Notes: generated by a model not told the origin, from the letters alone. Positions 20,126 to 41,425 are shown, numbered from the stretch's first letter. The stretch is DNA of 64,000 bases from an uncultured Solirubrobacterales bacterium (GCA_963786535.1 CAWAZI010000002.1:45499-109498); one strand, 5' to 3'. Program-made: numbers and translations.

Positions 20126-20552
20126 ATGGCCAAGAAGGTACTCACAACCATCAAGCTCCAGGCCAACGGCGGCCAGGCCAGCCCGGCGCCGCCGGTCGGT
20201 CCTGCGCTGGGTCAGCACGGGATCAACATCATGGAGTTCTGCAAGGCGTTCAACGCGCAGACGCAGAGCGAAACCGGGACCACGATCCCGGTCGTGATCA
20301 CCGTCTACGAGGACCGCTCGTTCACGTTCGTCACCAAGACGCCCCCGGCCGCGGTGCTGATCAAGCAGGCACTGCGCATCGGCAAGGGCTCGGGCGAGCC
20401 CAACCGCACGAAGGTCGGCACGATCACCCAGGCCCAGTTGCGCGAGATCGCCGAGCGCAAGCTGGTCGGACCTGAACGCACACGACATCGATCAGGCGGC
20501 GAAGATCATCGCGGGAACCGCACGCTCCATGGGCGTGGAGGTTGCGTCATGA
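20126..20552 (+). CDS. rplK: 50S ribosomal protein L11, +1 frameshift near 20467
   Basis: [13 protein letters not shown]; C-terminus [22 protein letters not shown] continues in the +1 frame to TGA 20552. Confidence 0.93.
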
Positions 20553-21289
20553 GTTCGCAGCATGGCCGCAGACATCGCGAGGGGTTGGCGAAGATCGACC
20601 GCGAGCACGAGTACCCGCCCGCCGAGGCGGTCGCACTCGTGAAGAGCCTGGCCAGCGCCAAGTTCGACGAGGCGGTCGAGCTGCACGTGCGCACGGGTCT
20701 GAACGTGCGCCACGCCGACGAGCAGCTGCGTGGCACGATCGCGCTGCCCAACGGTCTCGGCAAGGACGTGAAGATCGCCGTGTTCGCGCAGGGCGACAAG
20801 GCCCGCGAAGCCGAGCAGGCCGGCGCCGACGTCGTCGGCGGCGAGGATCTGGCCAAGCGCATCGAGGAGGGGTTCGACGAGTTCGACGTGGCGATCGCCA
20901 CACCCGACCTGATGTCGGTCGTCGGGCGCCTCGGGCGCATCCTCGGTCCGTCGGGCAAGATGCCCAACCCGAAGGTCGGCACGGTCACGATGGACGTGGC
21001 CAAGGCGGTCGAGGAGTCCAAGTCGGGCAAGGTCGAGTACCGCACCGACCGCACGGCGATCGTGCACATGGTGATCGGCCGCGCGAGCTTCGAGGAGCGC
21101 GCGCTGCTGGAGAACTACGCGGCCGTGGTCGAAGAGCTGATCCGCGCCAAGCCCTCCGCGGCGAAGGGTCGCTACCTGCGCACGATCACCCTGACCTCCA
21201 CGATGGGTCCGGGGGTCAAGGTCGATCCAAGCCACACACGTGACATCATCGAGGAGGCGTCGTCGTCCGCGACAGCCGTCGCCGCGTAG
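20549..21289 (+). CDS. rplA: 50S ribosomal protein L1
   Basis: [19 protein letters not shown] and STMGPG motifs; ATGA overlap with rplK. Confidence 0.96.
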   Translation: MSSQHGRRHREGLAKIDREHEYPPAEAVALVKSLASAKFDEAVELHVRTGLNVRHADEQLRGTIALPNGLGKDVKIAVFAQGDKAREAEQAGADVVGGEDLAKRIEEGFDEFDVAIATPDLMSVVGRLGRILGPSGKMPNPKVGTVTMDVAKAVEESKSGKVEYRTDRTAIVHMVIGRASFEERALLENYAAVVEELIRAKPSAAKGRYLRTITLTSTMGPGVKVDPSHTRDIIEEASSSATAVAA

Positions 21290-21304
21290 CCCCTTTACCC
21301 CACA

Positions 21305-21374
21305 CAGGCCACCACAGACCCCCGGCAACCGCGCTCGCATGTGTGCGGTGGAAGACCGGGACAGGAGCCACTGA
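21305..21374 (+). promoter_or_regulatory. Candidate L10 leader (autoregulatory 5' UTR)
   Basis: Position upstream of rplJ; nested hairpin cccgg..accgcgc..gtgcggt..ccggg before the AGGAG site; not tested against a covariance model. Confidence 0.45.
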
Positions 21375-22170
21375 ATGAACCGAGACCAAAAGGCCGCCGC
21401 GATCGCCGAGATCGCGGCCCACATAGACGAGTCCCAGGCCGTTTTCGCCGTCGACTACAAGGGCATCTCCGTGCCCCAGGCGGCCGAGCTGCGGGCCAAG
21501 CTGCGCGAGTCCGACGCGACCTTCAAGGTGGTCAAGAACTCGCTCACCGAACGCGCCGCCGACCAGGCGGGCGCGGTCACGCTGAAGGAGCTGCTGCAGG
21601 GCCCCACGGCCTTGACGTTCGTGCGCGGCGACATCGCGACCGCGGCCAAAGCGCTCGCCGATTATGGTCGCGCGACCCAGCTGTTGCCCTTCAAGGGTGG
21701 CCTGATGGACGGCGCCCCGCTCGACTCCGACCAGATCCGCTCGCTCTCTCGCCTGCCTTCGCGCGAAGCTCTGTACGGGCAGCTCGTCGGGGTCGTGGCC
21801 GCTCCGGTCAGCGGGCTCGTGCGCACGCTCGGCGCCCTCGTCGGCGGGCTGGCCGTGGCGCTCGGGCAGGTGCAGCGAGAAGAAGGAGTCCGGCGAGATT
21901 CCCGCCGGCGAGGCGCCGGCCGCGGTCGAGGAGCCTGCCGTCGCGCAGGAGGCGCCTGCCGCGCAGGAGTCCGCTCCCGAGGAGCCCACCGCCGAGAAGG
22001 AGGAGGCGCCGGCGGAGGCTGCGCCCGATGAGCCGGCCGCCGCCGAGGAGCCAGACGCGCAAGCTGAGCCGGAGCAGCTGCAGGAGCCGGCGCAAGACGA
22101 CAACCAGGCGGACGTCTCGGCTGAGGTTCAGCCCGAGGACGCCGAGACGAATCCCACCAAGGAGGATTGA
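21375..22170 (+). CDS. rplJ: 50S ribosomal protein L10 with long acidic C-terminal tail, +1 frameshift near 21874
   Basis: [13 protein letters not shown] and LPSRE motifs; after the shift reads [11 protein letters not shown]...PTKED. Confidence 0.92.
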
Positions 22171-22175
22171 CTCAC

Positions 22176-22574
22176 ATGGCAACAGCCACAAGCACAGAGA
22201 AGTGGATTGAGGAGCTAAAGGGCATTTCGGTGCTCGAGCTCGCCGAGCGGATCAAGGCGCTCGAGGAGGAGTTCGGAGTGTCGGCCGCGGCCGTGGCCGC
22301 GCCTGCGGCCGCCGCGGGCGGAGCGGCCGGTGGTGGCGACGCCGCCGGCGAGGAGGAAGCGTCGAGCACCGTCGACGTGATCCTCGCGGCCTCCGGCGAC
22401 AAGAAGATCCAGGTCATCAAGGTCGTGCGCGCGGCCACCGGCCTGGGCTTGAAAGAGGCCAAGGCGCTCGTCGACGAGGCTCCAAAGCCGGTCAAGGAGG
22501 GCATTGAGAAGGAGGAGGCCGACAAGCTCAAGGCCGAACTGGAGGAGGCCGGCGGGACGGTCGAGTTGAAGTAG
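22176..22574 (+). CDS. rplL: 50S ribosomal protein L7/L12
   Basis: [20 protein letters not shown] and GLGLKEAK motifs. Confidence 0.97.
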   Translation: MATATSTEKWIEELKGISVLELAERIKALEEEFGVSAAAVAAPAAAAGGAAGGGDAAGEEEASSTVDVILAASGDKKIQVIKVVRAATGLGLKEAKALVDEAPKPVKEGIEKEEADKLKAELEEAGGTVELK

Positions 22575-22598
22575 CTCTCCGTGACATAGGCTCCGGCG

Positions 22599-23273
22599 AT
22601 GGCCTCCGTCGACACGGAGCTTGCGCTCGTCGCGCTGGCCGCGATGCTCTCTCCGACCACGCTCTCATTCTCGGTGCTGGCGCTCGTGTTGGGCGAGCGC
22701 CCGCTGCGAACGGGTCTGTGGTTCTACCTCGGCGCGCTCGGCGTCACGCTCCTGATCGGCGTGCTCGCGGCGTTCGTGCTGGGCGACGTCGCCGCCGCAC
22801 CGTCGGGCTCGAGCACGCCCAAGACGTGGGTCTGTGTCGTGGACATCCTCGCCGGCGTGCTCCTGCTCGTGGTGGTCGTGCGCTTCCTGCGTCGGCCGTC
22901 TGACCCCGCACGGATGGAAGGGATGATCGAGCGGATGAGCCGGCTGGCCTCCTCGCCGGCGATCGCGATCGTGGCCGCCGGCGCGACGCTCGCCAATCCC
23001 GGCGGCTTCATCCCGCTGGCACTGAAGGACATCTCTCAGACGGACCCGACCGCCGCCGGGTACATCGCCGAGTGGGTCGGATTCGCGCTCGTGTCGTTGC
23101 TCCCGCTGTCGCTCGCTTTGGTGATGCTTGCTCTCGCCCCGGCCCCGACTCAGCGGATGCTCACGCGTGCTCGGGGGTGGCTCGAGCGCAACGCCAGGAT
23201 GCTTGCCGCCGCGATCCTCGCGCTGCTGGCTGTGGCGCTGCTGCGCAACGGCATCGTTGGGCTCACCGGCTGA
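22599..23273 (+). CDS. GAP-family (Sap-like) integral membrane protein
   Basis: About six transmembrane segments; LAAMLSP N-terminus and RGWLERN motif. Confidence 0.7.
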   Translation: MASVDTELALVALAAMLSPTTLSFSVLALVLGERPLRTGLWFYLGALGVTLLIGVLAAFVLGDVAAAPSGSSTPKTWVCVVDILAGVLLLVVVVRFLRRPSDPARMEGMIERMSRLASSPAIAIVAAGATLANPGGFIPLALKDISQTDPTAAGYIAEWVGFALVSLLPLSLALVMLALAPAPTQRMLTRARGWLERNARMLAAAILALLAVALLRNGIVGLTG

Positions 23274-23606
23274 ATATCCGGGCGGGTGGCGCGGGACGAC
23301 TCACTCGTCCGACGGCAATGCGCGCGCGTGTGTGTGCCCGCGCGCCGGCGTCCGCGACGCACGTTCGCACCCGTCTTTACCCGCTCCTAACAAATGAGCC
23401 GATTTTCCGGTAAAGTGCCCTGCGCTGGCCGATAGCCGCAGCCGCCTCAGGAGTACGACGTCGCGCCACATACGCGATCGTCGAGGGCGGGGTCCGTGAG
23501 CGCCGGTGGCCCACTTAAGGGCGTCGATGACCTGTGCTATATTTGCTGGTCGCGCTTTCGGGCGCCCTCCAACGTCCGTACCTCGCCCTCCGAAGGAGAC
23601 GTTTTC

Positions 23607-27339
<3,733 letters not shown>

Positions 27340-27467
27340 ACCGAGACCTCCGGCGCCGCGGGCCGGTGGCGCTCAACACCCCGCCGGCGGTTCGGCGGGA
27401 CACCCGCACGACAGAACCGCAACCCGTCCGTTTCACCCGCAACAGCGAAAGTCAGAGCGATAAACAG

Positions 27468-31586
<4,119 letters not shown>

Positions 31587-31680
31587 TCCTCGGGCTGACA
31601 GTTAGTAGGCGATACGCGGTGAGAAGATTCTCACCCGTGACCGGCGTGACATCGGTCGGGGTGCGGTGTTGTGAGGAACG

Positions 31681-33249
31681 ATGACGCGCGAGATCACGCG
31701 CCGATCGCTGCTTGCCGCCACCGCTGGCGCGGTCGCAGGTGGTCTGGTGCGCCCCGGGGGTGCGCTCGCGGTGCTTGGGGGACATGCGGCGCGTGGGGGC
31801 GCAGCCCAACCGAGGCTATTTGAGCACGTGGTCGGGATGCTGCCGGCTGGGAGCGCCGGTGCGATCAGCGATCTGGCCGCAAACACAGATCTGGTTGGGG
31901 TGCGATGGTCTGGGCCGGCAGGCGCGCGGGTCCAATTGCGCGTTCGCGACGAACGCGGCGGGTGGAGCCGGTGGGTGTTGGCCGGTGCGCACGGACATGC
32001 TGCCGAAGGCGGGGCGGGAACCGGGGTGGTGACTGGCGATCCCATCTGGATCGGCGGTGGCTCGGTGGTGCAGTTGCGCTCCGATCGACGGCTTGCCGAT
32101 GTGAGCCTGAGCTGTGTGGATGTGAGCGGCGGGATCGGCGCGCGCAGACAGGCGTCAGCGGCTGGGTTCGCTGCGCTCGCGGCGGGACTGCCATTCCTAG
32201 CGCCCACCCTGCCCGCCGGACCGGGACAGCCGCCGATCGTGGCGCGGCGGGTGTGGGCGCAGGGGATGGCCAGGCCACGGGTCGCGCCCGAATACGGCGC
32301 GGTGCAGATGGCGTTCGTGCACCACACCGAGAATCCCAACGGCTACACCCCCGGCGAGGTGCCGGCGATGTTGCGCGCGATATACGCGTTTCATCGCTAC
32401 GTCAACGGGTGGAACGACATCGGGTACAACTTCGTGATCGACGCCTACGGGCGCACGTTCGAGGCGCGCGCGGGTGGGATCGACGAGCCGGTTATCGGCG
32501 CGCACGCTGGCGGTTACAACTATGTCTCGACCGGGGTGGCTGTGCTCGGCGAATTCATCAGCACGCCCATCTCCCCGGCGGCGCAGAGAGCCCTGGAACG
32601 GCTGCTCGCGTGGAAGCTGTCGCTGCACGGCATCCCGACCGCTGGGCGGGTGACTGTGCGCGTGAATCCCGCGGGCGCCGTCTACAGTCGCTTCCCCGCG
32701 GGCACCCACGTCTCGCTCCCGCGCATAGCCGGTCACCGCGACGGCGACTCGACCGACTGCCCTGGCGATGCGCTGTATGCCGAGCTGCCAGGCATGCGCC
32801 CGCGCATCCAGGGCCTCGCGGGGCGCGTCGCGCGGGTGAGCATCGCGCTGGGGGCCGCGCCGCCGCCGCCCGTGGCTCCGCCAGCGCCCGGCGCCCCGCC
32901 CGCGCCCGCGCCCGGCGGGGAAGCCGCACCCGGCCAACCGGTCCCACCCGCAAGCCAGACGCGGGCGCTCACCGGTAACCTGATGCTGCTCGACGGGACA
33001 CCGATCGCAGGCGCGCCGATCGTGGTGCAGGCGCGGGAAGTCTCGCGTAAGGGCGAACTCGTGCGCGAGCGCACGATCGCGCAGGCGAGCACCGGTGCGG
33101 CAGGGGAGTGGTCGTTGGCGGTCACACTCGCCCCGAGCGCCGGCGGGATGTGGCTGCGCGCGCTGTGCCCCGGCGCGGGCGGCGTTCCGGCCGCGGTCTC
33201 CGTCGCGCTGCACGTTCCGGGCGTCGTCTCGGTCGCGCCCGTGAGTTAG
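31681..33249 (+). CDS. Tat-exported N-acetylmuramoyl-L-alanine amidase (PGRP/Amidase_2-like)
   Basis: Twin-arginine signal ITRRSLL; FVHHT, GWNDIGYNF, GAHAGGYN and GHRD..TDCPG motifs. Confidence 0.88.
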   Translation: MTREITRRSLLAATAGAVAGGLVRPGGALAVLGGHAARGGAAQPRLFEHVVGMLPAGSAGAISDLAANTDLVGVRWSGPAGARVQLRVRDERGGWSRWVLAGAHGHAAEGGAGTGVVTGDPIWIGGGSVVQLRSDRRLADVSLSCVDVSGGIGARRQASAAGFAALAAGLPFLAPTLPAGPGQPPIVARRVWAQGMARPRVAPEYGAVQMAFVHHTENPNGYTPGEVPAMLRAIYAFHRYVNGWNDIGYNFVIDAYGRTFEARAGGIDEPVIGAHAGGYNYVSTGVAVLGEFISTPISPAAQRALERLLAWKLSLHGIPTAGRVTVRVNPAGAVYSRFPAGTHVSLPRIAGHRDGDSTDCPGDALYAELPGMRPRIQGLAGRVARVSIALGAAPPPPVAPPAPGAPPAPAPGGEAAPGQPVPPASQTRALTGNLMLLDGTPIAGAPIVVQAREVSRKGELVRERTIAQASTGAAGEWSLAVTLAPSAGGMWLRALCPGAGGVPAAVSVALHVPGVVSVAPVS

Positions 33250-33312
33250 CGCCGGCGGCGACGTGCATGGTGGCGACATGCGGGCTCGATGCTGCCATAC
33301 CGGGCAAGTAAT

Positions 33313-33945
33313 ATGGCGCCCGACATGTGGATAGGCCTGGCTGAGCGGCTCGAGGGACGTTTGGTGGTGCTGGAGCCTCTTGATCCTCGTCACGAGGCGG
33401 GGCTGTGGACCGCGTCTCAGCACCCGGAAATCTGGAAGTGGCTGGCGCCGATCGGAGACAGTCGCGAGTTCTTCTCCGCCTGGCTCGCGGCGAGCCTCGC
33501 CGAGTCGCGGGCGGGCAGTGAGGGGGTGTTCGCGACGATCGATCGCGTGAGCGGGCAGCCGATCGGCAGCACGCGCTATCTGAACGTCCGCGAGGCTCAC
33601 CGGGGTGTCGAGATCGGCTGGACGTGGCTGTCGCCCGCGATGTGGCGGACTGGTGCGAACGTCGAGGCGAAGCTGCTGCTGCTGGAGCACGCGTTCGAGC
33701 ACCTTGGGTGCATGCGCGTCGAGTTCAAGACCGATGCCCGCAACGAGCGATCCCGCGCGGCGCTGGCGGCGCTGCCCGCCCAGTTCGAGGGCATCCTGCG
33801 CAAGCACATGCTGATGCCGGGCGTGGGCGTGCGCGACTCCGCCTACTACAGCGTGATCGAGGAGGAGTGGCCGCAGGTGCGCGCCAACCTGGAACACCGG
33901 TTGGCGGCCGGCGCCAGCTCCCGCGCCCAGTCCACCAGCAGCTGA
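33313..33945 (+). CDS. GNAT family N-acetyltransferase (RimJ/RimL-like)
   Basis: VEIGWTWL, RVEFKTDARNERS and FEGILRKH motifs; start is 33313 or 33325. Confidence 0.88.
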   Translation: MAPDMWIGLAERLEGRLVVLEPLDPRHEAGLWTASQHPEIWKWLAPIGDSREFFSAWLAASLAESRAGSEGVFATIDRVSGQPIGSTRYLNVREAHRGVEIGWTWLSPAMWRTGANVEAKLLLLEHAFEHLGCMRVEFKTDARNERSRAALAALPAQFEGILRKHMLMPGVGVRDSAYYSVIEEEWPQVRANLEHRLAAGASSRAQSTSS

Positions 33946-34520
33946 GCCTCGGTGGCTGTGAGGCCGCGCTCGGGGGCGGTCTGGACGAGCAGCGTCGGCG
34001 CCGGGCGCTCCTCGGCCCAGGCGTGGCAGGCGTGGTTGAACGCGTCGTCGATCCACGCCAGTGCGCGCGAGCCGGAGTGCCGCTCGATCGCGGTGAGCTT
34101 CCAGTGCGCGTTGCTCCGGCCAGGCGAGCGATCGAAGCGCAGGAAGGGCAGGCCCGAGGGCAGGTCGAGCAGGCGCGGCAGGTATTCCTCGGCCTTCTCC
34201 TCCCAGCCGCTGGCCCACACGAGATCGAAGTCCCCGGCGAGAGTCTGCAGGTGGGCGGCGGCGACGTGCGAAAGGAAGTGGGGTATGCCGTCGATCGTGT
34301 GGAACGAGCCGGCGGTCGCCGTGAAACGCTCTGTCCACAGGCTGTGGCCGTCGAAACCGAACAGCGAGACGACCCCGTCGATGTCCACCATCAACAGGGG
34401 CTTCTCGCGGGCGGACTCTCGGCCGTCAGCCTCGAGTCGGGTACGATCGGCGCGATCTGCGGGGCCGGCGGAGGCGTTGGACGCGGTGAGAGGGTCTACG
34501 GAGGGCTCTTTAGCTCGCAT
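33846..34520 (-). CDS. HAD-superfamily protein (HAD_SAK-like)
   Basis: LLMVDIDGV, LVWASGWE and LAWIDD motifs; 3' end overlaps the convergent GNAT gene. Confidence 0.75.
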   Translation of the reverse strand: MRAKEPSVDPLTASNASAGPADRADRTRLEADGRESAREKPLLMVDIDGVVSLFGFDGHSLWTERFTATAGSFHTIDGIPHFLSHVAAAHLQTLAGDFDLVWASGWEEKAEEYLPRLLDLPSGLPFLRFDRSPGRSNAHWKLTAIERHSGSRALAWIDDAFNHACHAWAEERPAPTLLVQTAPERGLTATEAQLLVDWARELAPAANRCSRLARTCGHSSSITL

Positions 34521-34695
34521 ACATGTTCGCCTCGGTAATGTGCCCGGATCGAGTGCGGCCAGTAAAGCAGCAGCCGGGCTCTGTCGATGGGCTCTAGGGC
34601 GGGCGCGGGGACGCCGATAGCTCTAAGCAGTACAACACCCGCCCGCACACCCTTCATCCCACACCCGAACCAGACCTCCAGATCTCCAACCGCCA

Positions 34696-35587
34696 ATGAC
34701 CCTCGCCCTCGGCATCCTCCTGGCCCTCGCATGCGCGTTCGTGGCCAACCTCGCCTTCTTCTACAAGTACCGGGGCGCCAACGCGGCGCCGAGCGTGCAG
34801 GTGCGCCATCCGCTGCGCTCCGCGCGGGCGCTGTTCGCCTCGAAGTGGTTCACGATCGGCATGATCGTCGCGACCGTCAGCTGGGCGTTGCACGTGGCGG
34901 CTCTCACGCTGGCGCCGATGTCGGTGATCCAGGTGTCGTTGGCGGCGGGCATCGTGTTCATCGCGGTGATGGCCGACCGCATGTTCGGCTTCGAGGTCGG
35001 CCCGCGCCAGTGGCTCGGCCTGTGTCTTACCGGTGTCGGCCTGGTGATGCTCGGCGTGACGCTGCCGGCGATGCACGGCGCGCACTCGCAGTTCTCCCAG
35101 GCGGCGATGATTTCCTTCGAGGCCGGCCTGTTCGGGCTGGGAGGCCTGCTGATAATGGGCCCGCGCATGGGCGGTCCCGGTGGAGCACCACGGCGTGATG
35201 CTGGGTGCGGCCTCGGGCATCCTGTTCGGCGTCTCCGACACGGCCATCAAGGCGCTCTCGGGCATTACCGGCGCGCACGGTCTGCTCGGGCTGCTGCTCA
35301 GCCCCTGGCTGGCGGTGGCGGTGCTCGCGTCGATCGTCGCGTTCTACGCGTCGGCGCGCGGACTCCAGGACGGAGACGCCGTGCCCGTTATCGCCGTGAC
35401 CGGCACGGCCGCGAACATCGCGGGCATCGCCGGTGGAATCGTCGTGTTCGGCGACCCGATGGCGGGCAGCACCGTGGGCGTGGTGCTGCAGTCGCTGGCG
35501 TTCGTGCTCGTGATCGTCGCCTGTGCGTTGATGCCCGCCCCGGTCCGTGCGGCCGGCGTTCCCGCCGCGGCCTCGGCGACGGCATAG
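34696..35587 (+). CDS. DMT-like membrane protein, +1 frameshift near 35176
   Basis: About nine transmembrane segments spread over ORFs 34696 and 35180; [15 protein letters not shown]. Confidence 0.75.
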
Positions 35588-35636
35588 AGTCGGCTCGCTC
35601 GCACGGGCACGCCGCGCTGCTACCATCCCCGGCCGA

Positions 35637-36032
35637 ATGCCGACCACATCACAGCTCGTGCGCAAGGGGCGCGTCGCTCCCAAGAAGAAGCTGGCTACCC
35701 CGGGCCTGAAGTCGGGCAAGGGGCGCAAGAAGAAGGTCGCCGCGCCACAGCGTCGCGGCGTGTGCACGCGCGTGTATACGACGACTCCGAAGAAGCCTAA
35801 CTCCGCGCTGCGCAAGGTCGCGCGCATACGCATCTCCGGCTCGATCGAGGTGACCGCCTACATCCCCGGCGAGGGGCACAACCTCCAGGAGCACTCGGTG
35901 GTGCTCGTGCGCGGAGGACGCGTCAAGGATCTGCCGGGAGTTCGCTACAAGGTCGTGCGCGGCACGCTCGATGCCGCCGGCGTCAGCGATCGCAAAAAGG
36001 CTCGCTCGCAGTACGGCGTGAAGAAAAAGTAG
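35637..36032 (+). CDS. rpsL: 30S ribosomal protein S12
   Basis: [11 protein letters not shown] and GGRVKDLPG motifs; extended -10 TGcTACCAT at 35618-35626. Confidence 0.97.
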   Translation: MPTTSQLVRKGRVAPKKKLATPGLKSGKGRKKKVAAPQRRGVCTRVYTTTPKKPNSALRKVARIRISGSIEVTAYIPGEGHNLQEHSVVLVRGGRVKDLPGVRYKVVRGTLDAAGVSDRKKARSQYGVKKK

Positions 36033-36503
36033 ATGCCGCGTCGCGCAGCCGCCCAAGTTCGCCCGGTCGAGGCGGACCCGATCCATCGCTCCAAGCTGGT
36101 CCAGCAGGTGATCAACAAGGTCATGCTCGACGGCAAGAAGTCGACGGCCGAGCGGATCGTCTACGACGCCCTGGCGCTGCTGGGCGAGCGCTCGGACAAA
36201 GACCCGATCGAGACGCTTGAGGCCTCGATCAAGGCGCTGACGCCGACGCTCGAGGTCAAATCGCGCCGCGTCGGCGGCGCCACCTACCAGGTTCCGGTCG
36301 AGGTCGCCTCCAGGCGCGCCCGTACGCTGGCGGTGCGCTGGCTGGTGGAGTTCGCCCGCCAGCGCCGCGAGAAGACGATGGCCCAGCGGTTGGCGAACGA
36401 GCTGCTGGACGCTCAGTCTCAGCAGGGCGGCGCCTACAAGCGCAAGGACGACATCTATCGCATGGCCCAAGCCAACAAGGCGTTTGCGCACTATCGTTGG
36501 TAG
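36033..36503 (+). CDS. rpsG: 30S ribosomal protein S7
   Basis: [11 protein letters not shown] and [10 protein letters not shown] motifs. Confidence 0.97.
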   Translation: MPRRAAAQVRPVEADPIHRSKLVQQVINKVMLDGKKSTAERIVYDALALLGERSDKDPIETLEASIKALTPTLEVKSRRVGGATYQVPVEVASRRARTLAVRWLVEFARQRREKTMAQRLANELLDAQSQQGGAYKRKDDIYRMAQANKAFAHYRW

Positions 36504-36603
36504 CGGGCCGAGGACGCGGCGCGATACTGCGTCCTCGATCGCTCATGTGCAGAGCACACTTCGCTCACTGCGTCCTTGTCTCGCTTGGTCCTCGGCCCGC
36601 TAC
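36500..36603 (+). repeat. Junction hairpin element, copy A
   Basis: Perfect 16-bp arms gtagcgggccgaggac/gtcctcggcccgctac that include the rpsG stop; shared core gcgtcctcgatcgctc-atgtgc-aga-gcacac-ttcgctcactgcgtccttg. Confidence 0.9.
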
Positions 36604-36653
36604 GGCGTAGGTGGACACGCCGGGCTGTGTGACACATCTCACGCCGGGAGCCC

Positions 36654-36694
36654 TTGACGTATAAAGGTTCGGTACCTAAGCTTTAGGTACCGAA
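36654..36694 (+). promoter_or_regulatory. Sigma-A promoter overlapped by a palindromic operator (likely MarR)
   Basis: TTGACG-N17-TAAGCT; perfect 12-bp inverted repeat ttcggtacctaa-gct-ttaggtaccgaa at 36668-36694. Confidence 0.85.
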
Positions 36695-38185
36695 TGTCTT
36701 CCTCCTCGACAACAGCAGCCGATCCCGGCTTTCACCCGGAGGCCTCCGATCGCATAGAGCCCTACGTCTGGAAGATCGCCGGCGTGGTGATCCTCGGGAT
36801 GATCATGTCGATCCTCGATACGACGATCGTCAACGTCGCGCTGCACACGCTCGGGCACGACCTGCACAGCTCGATCTCGCAGGTCCAATGGGTCGTCACC
36901 GGCTACCTGCTGGCGCTGGCGGCGGTCATCCCGGTAACAGGATGGGCCGCGCGGCGATTCGGGGCCAAGCGCGTCTATCTGGTCTCGCTGGTGCTGTTCA
37001 CGGCCGGCTCGGGCCTGTGCGCGGTCGCCGGCTCGCTCACAGCACTCGTGTTCTTCCGCGTGCTGCAGGGAGCCGGCGGCGGGATGATCATGCCGATCGC
37101 CCAGCTGATCATGGCCCAGGTCGCCGGCCCCAAGCGGATGGGTCGCGTGATGGGGGTCGTCGTGATGCCCGCGATGCTCGCGCCGATCCTGGGGCCGGTG
37201 GTCGGGGGTGTGATCCTGCAGGAGCTGCACTGGTCGTGGATCTTTCTCGTGAACGTCCCAATCGGCGTGATCGCGTTCATCCTCGGCTGGCGGATGCTCC
37301 CGCAGACCGAGTCGGGCGAGGCCGGGCGGCTGGACGTGGTCGGCCTGGGGCTGATCTCCACGGGCGCCACGGCGATCGTGTATGGCCTGTCGGAGCTTGG
37401 TTCGCACGCGAGCCTGACCGCCCCCAGCGTGGTGTGGCCGATCCTCGCCGGGATCGCGCTGACGCTTGCCTTCGGCTGGCACTCGCTGCGCGTAGAGCGT
37501 CCGTTGCTGGACATCCGCCTGTACGCCAACCGCGTGTTCGGCGCCGCGTCGCTGACAACCTTCGGCCTGGGCGCGTCGCTGTTCGGCGCGATGATTCTGA
37601 TACCGCTGTACTACCAGGAGGTGCGCGGCGAGAGCATCATCGTGACCGGTCTGCTCGTCGGCCCGCAAGGGCTCGGGATGCTGCTCGTGGGCCCGCTCAA
37701 CGGGCGACTTGACCGAACGCTTCGGCGGCGGCCGCGTGGCGATCGTCGGGGTGTCGATCCTGTGTCTGAGCACGGTCCCATTCGTGTTGATCGGCGCGAA
37801 CACCTCGATCCTGCTGATCTCGCTGGTGCTGGTGGTGCGAGGTGTCGGCATCGGGCTGTCGTTCATGCCTGCGATGACGGCAGCGTTCACCGCACTGCGC
37901 CCCGAGGAGCTGTCTGACGCTACGCCGCAGCTGAACATGCTCCAGCGCGTGGGCGGCGCGATCGGGGTGGCGGTGCTCGCCGTCGTCCTGCAGCGGGCCG
38001 GCGCCCACGCTTCCACACCGGCGCAGCTCGCGAGTGCGTTCAACACCGCCTACTGGTGGGCGCTGGGGATCGCGCTGCTGTCGCTGATCCCGTGCTTGGT
38101 GCTGGTGCGGGCTGAGAATCCACGGACGAAGTTGACTCGCGAGGCCGCCGGCGCCGAGGCGGCGGTCGAGCCGATCGGCGTGTAG
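36694..38185 (+). CDS. DHA2 (EmrB/QacA) MFS efflux transporter, +1 frameshift near 37709
   Basis: LDTTIVNVAL, WVVTGYLL, GWAARRFG and WIFLVNVPIG motifs. Confidence 0.9.
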
Positions 38186-38194
38186 GGATTTGCG

Positions 38195-38814
38195 ATGAGC
38201 CCGGCTGCCAGCCACACGCCCCGCCAAGCAGCCCGACGCCGATCCGGGGGCGCCGCTCCAGCCGTCTGGCTCGAAGGCGGACTCGACTAAGGCGGGCGCC
38301 CGCAGAAAGGCATCGAGTTCGGCACCCGCCGAGGCGGAGTGGACAGCCGAGCTGGACGAGCTCGGCAAGGCGTTTCGCCGAGCGTTTCGCAGCCTCAATC
38401 GCCTACGCGGACGCGATACGCATCTCGGGGGCTTGGAGCTCAGCCATGCCCAGTTCGAGTTGCTGATCGAGCTGTACGAGCGCGGCGAGCTGCCGGCCGG
38501 GGAGCTCGCGGTCGCGGCGCGGCTGACGCCCGCGACGGTCACCCAGATGCTCGAGCATCTCGCGGACTGTGGCCACGTCGAGCGAGCGCGTTCAGAGACC
38601 GACCGCCGAGTGGTCGTCTCCCGTCTGACGGCGCAGGGCAGGCGTCAAGATCGAGGCCAAGCGCGCCGCCTGGCAGGAGCGCTGGCAGGCCGCGTTGGAG
38701 GGTATGGGCTCGACTGAGCTGCATGCCGCGACGCGTGTGCTGGAGCGTCTCAGCGCGGCGTTCGAGGATGCGCCGGTCGCCGGGTCATGTCCCGAGTCCT
38801 CGGCACGCGCATAG
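38195..38814 (+). CDS. MarR-family regulator, apparent +1 frameshifts near 38215 and 38646
   Basis: LSHAQFELL, TPATVTQML and DRRVVVSRLTAQG winged-helix motifs. Confidence 0.85.
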
Positions 38815-39042
38815 GGCGAAGACCGCCTGAAATCCTCTGCTATAGTCGGCCTCGCCTTGCGTCTGGGCGCAGCCGTGCGAGCAGGCCCGCCGCGAAGCCA
38901 AGCAATCAAGATGGAGACCTCGAGCAGATAACGACGCGAACCGGTCCGGACACGACCAGCAGCGCGCGTGGGCCCGAGGGGCCCCATTTTTTTGCCCCGA
39001 GCAGGCCGCGCCGACACTCATCTCACAGCCACCAGACGAGCC

Positions 39043-41142
<2,100 letters not shown>

Positions 41143-41146
<4 letters not shown>

Positions 41147-41250
41147 GATGACCGTGAGCACACTTCGCGATACTGCGTCCTCGGTCGCTCGTGTGCAGAG
41201 CACACCACGCTCCCTGCGTCCTTGTCTCGCTCGACTCACGGCCATCTCAG
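41143..41250 (+). repeat. Junction hairpin element, copy B (mini-ORF 41148..41264)
   Basis: 15/16 arms ctgagatgaccgtgag/ctcacggccatctcag that include the fusA stop; shared core. Confidence 0.9.
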
Positions 41251-41425
41251 AAGCAAGGCGATAGGAGCAATCGCAGTCAGAAGTCACACAGAGTTGGACC
41301 GCACTAACGCCAGACCAATTGCAAGACCCACCCAACCAGCACACACGCAGGACCGCATTTAGATAGATTTTCTAGGTTCGCCTTTTGACGGCGAACATAC
41401 AAGTCGATACAGGAGCGAACAGAAA

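Noticed and set aside
20126-21289. Apparent L11-L1 fusion protein
   Set aside because: A +1 indel near 20467 moves L11 into the rplA frame; the real L11 C-terminus and ATGA overlap are intact.
33846-34520. HAD_SAK-like gene as part of an RNA repair or defence system
   Set aside because: No ligase, kinase or nuclease partner nearby; it appears to be a stand-alone gene.
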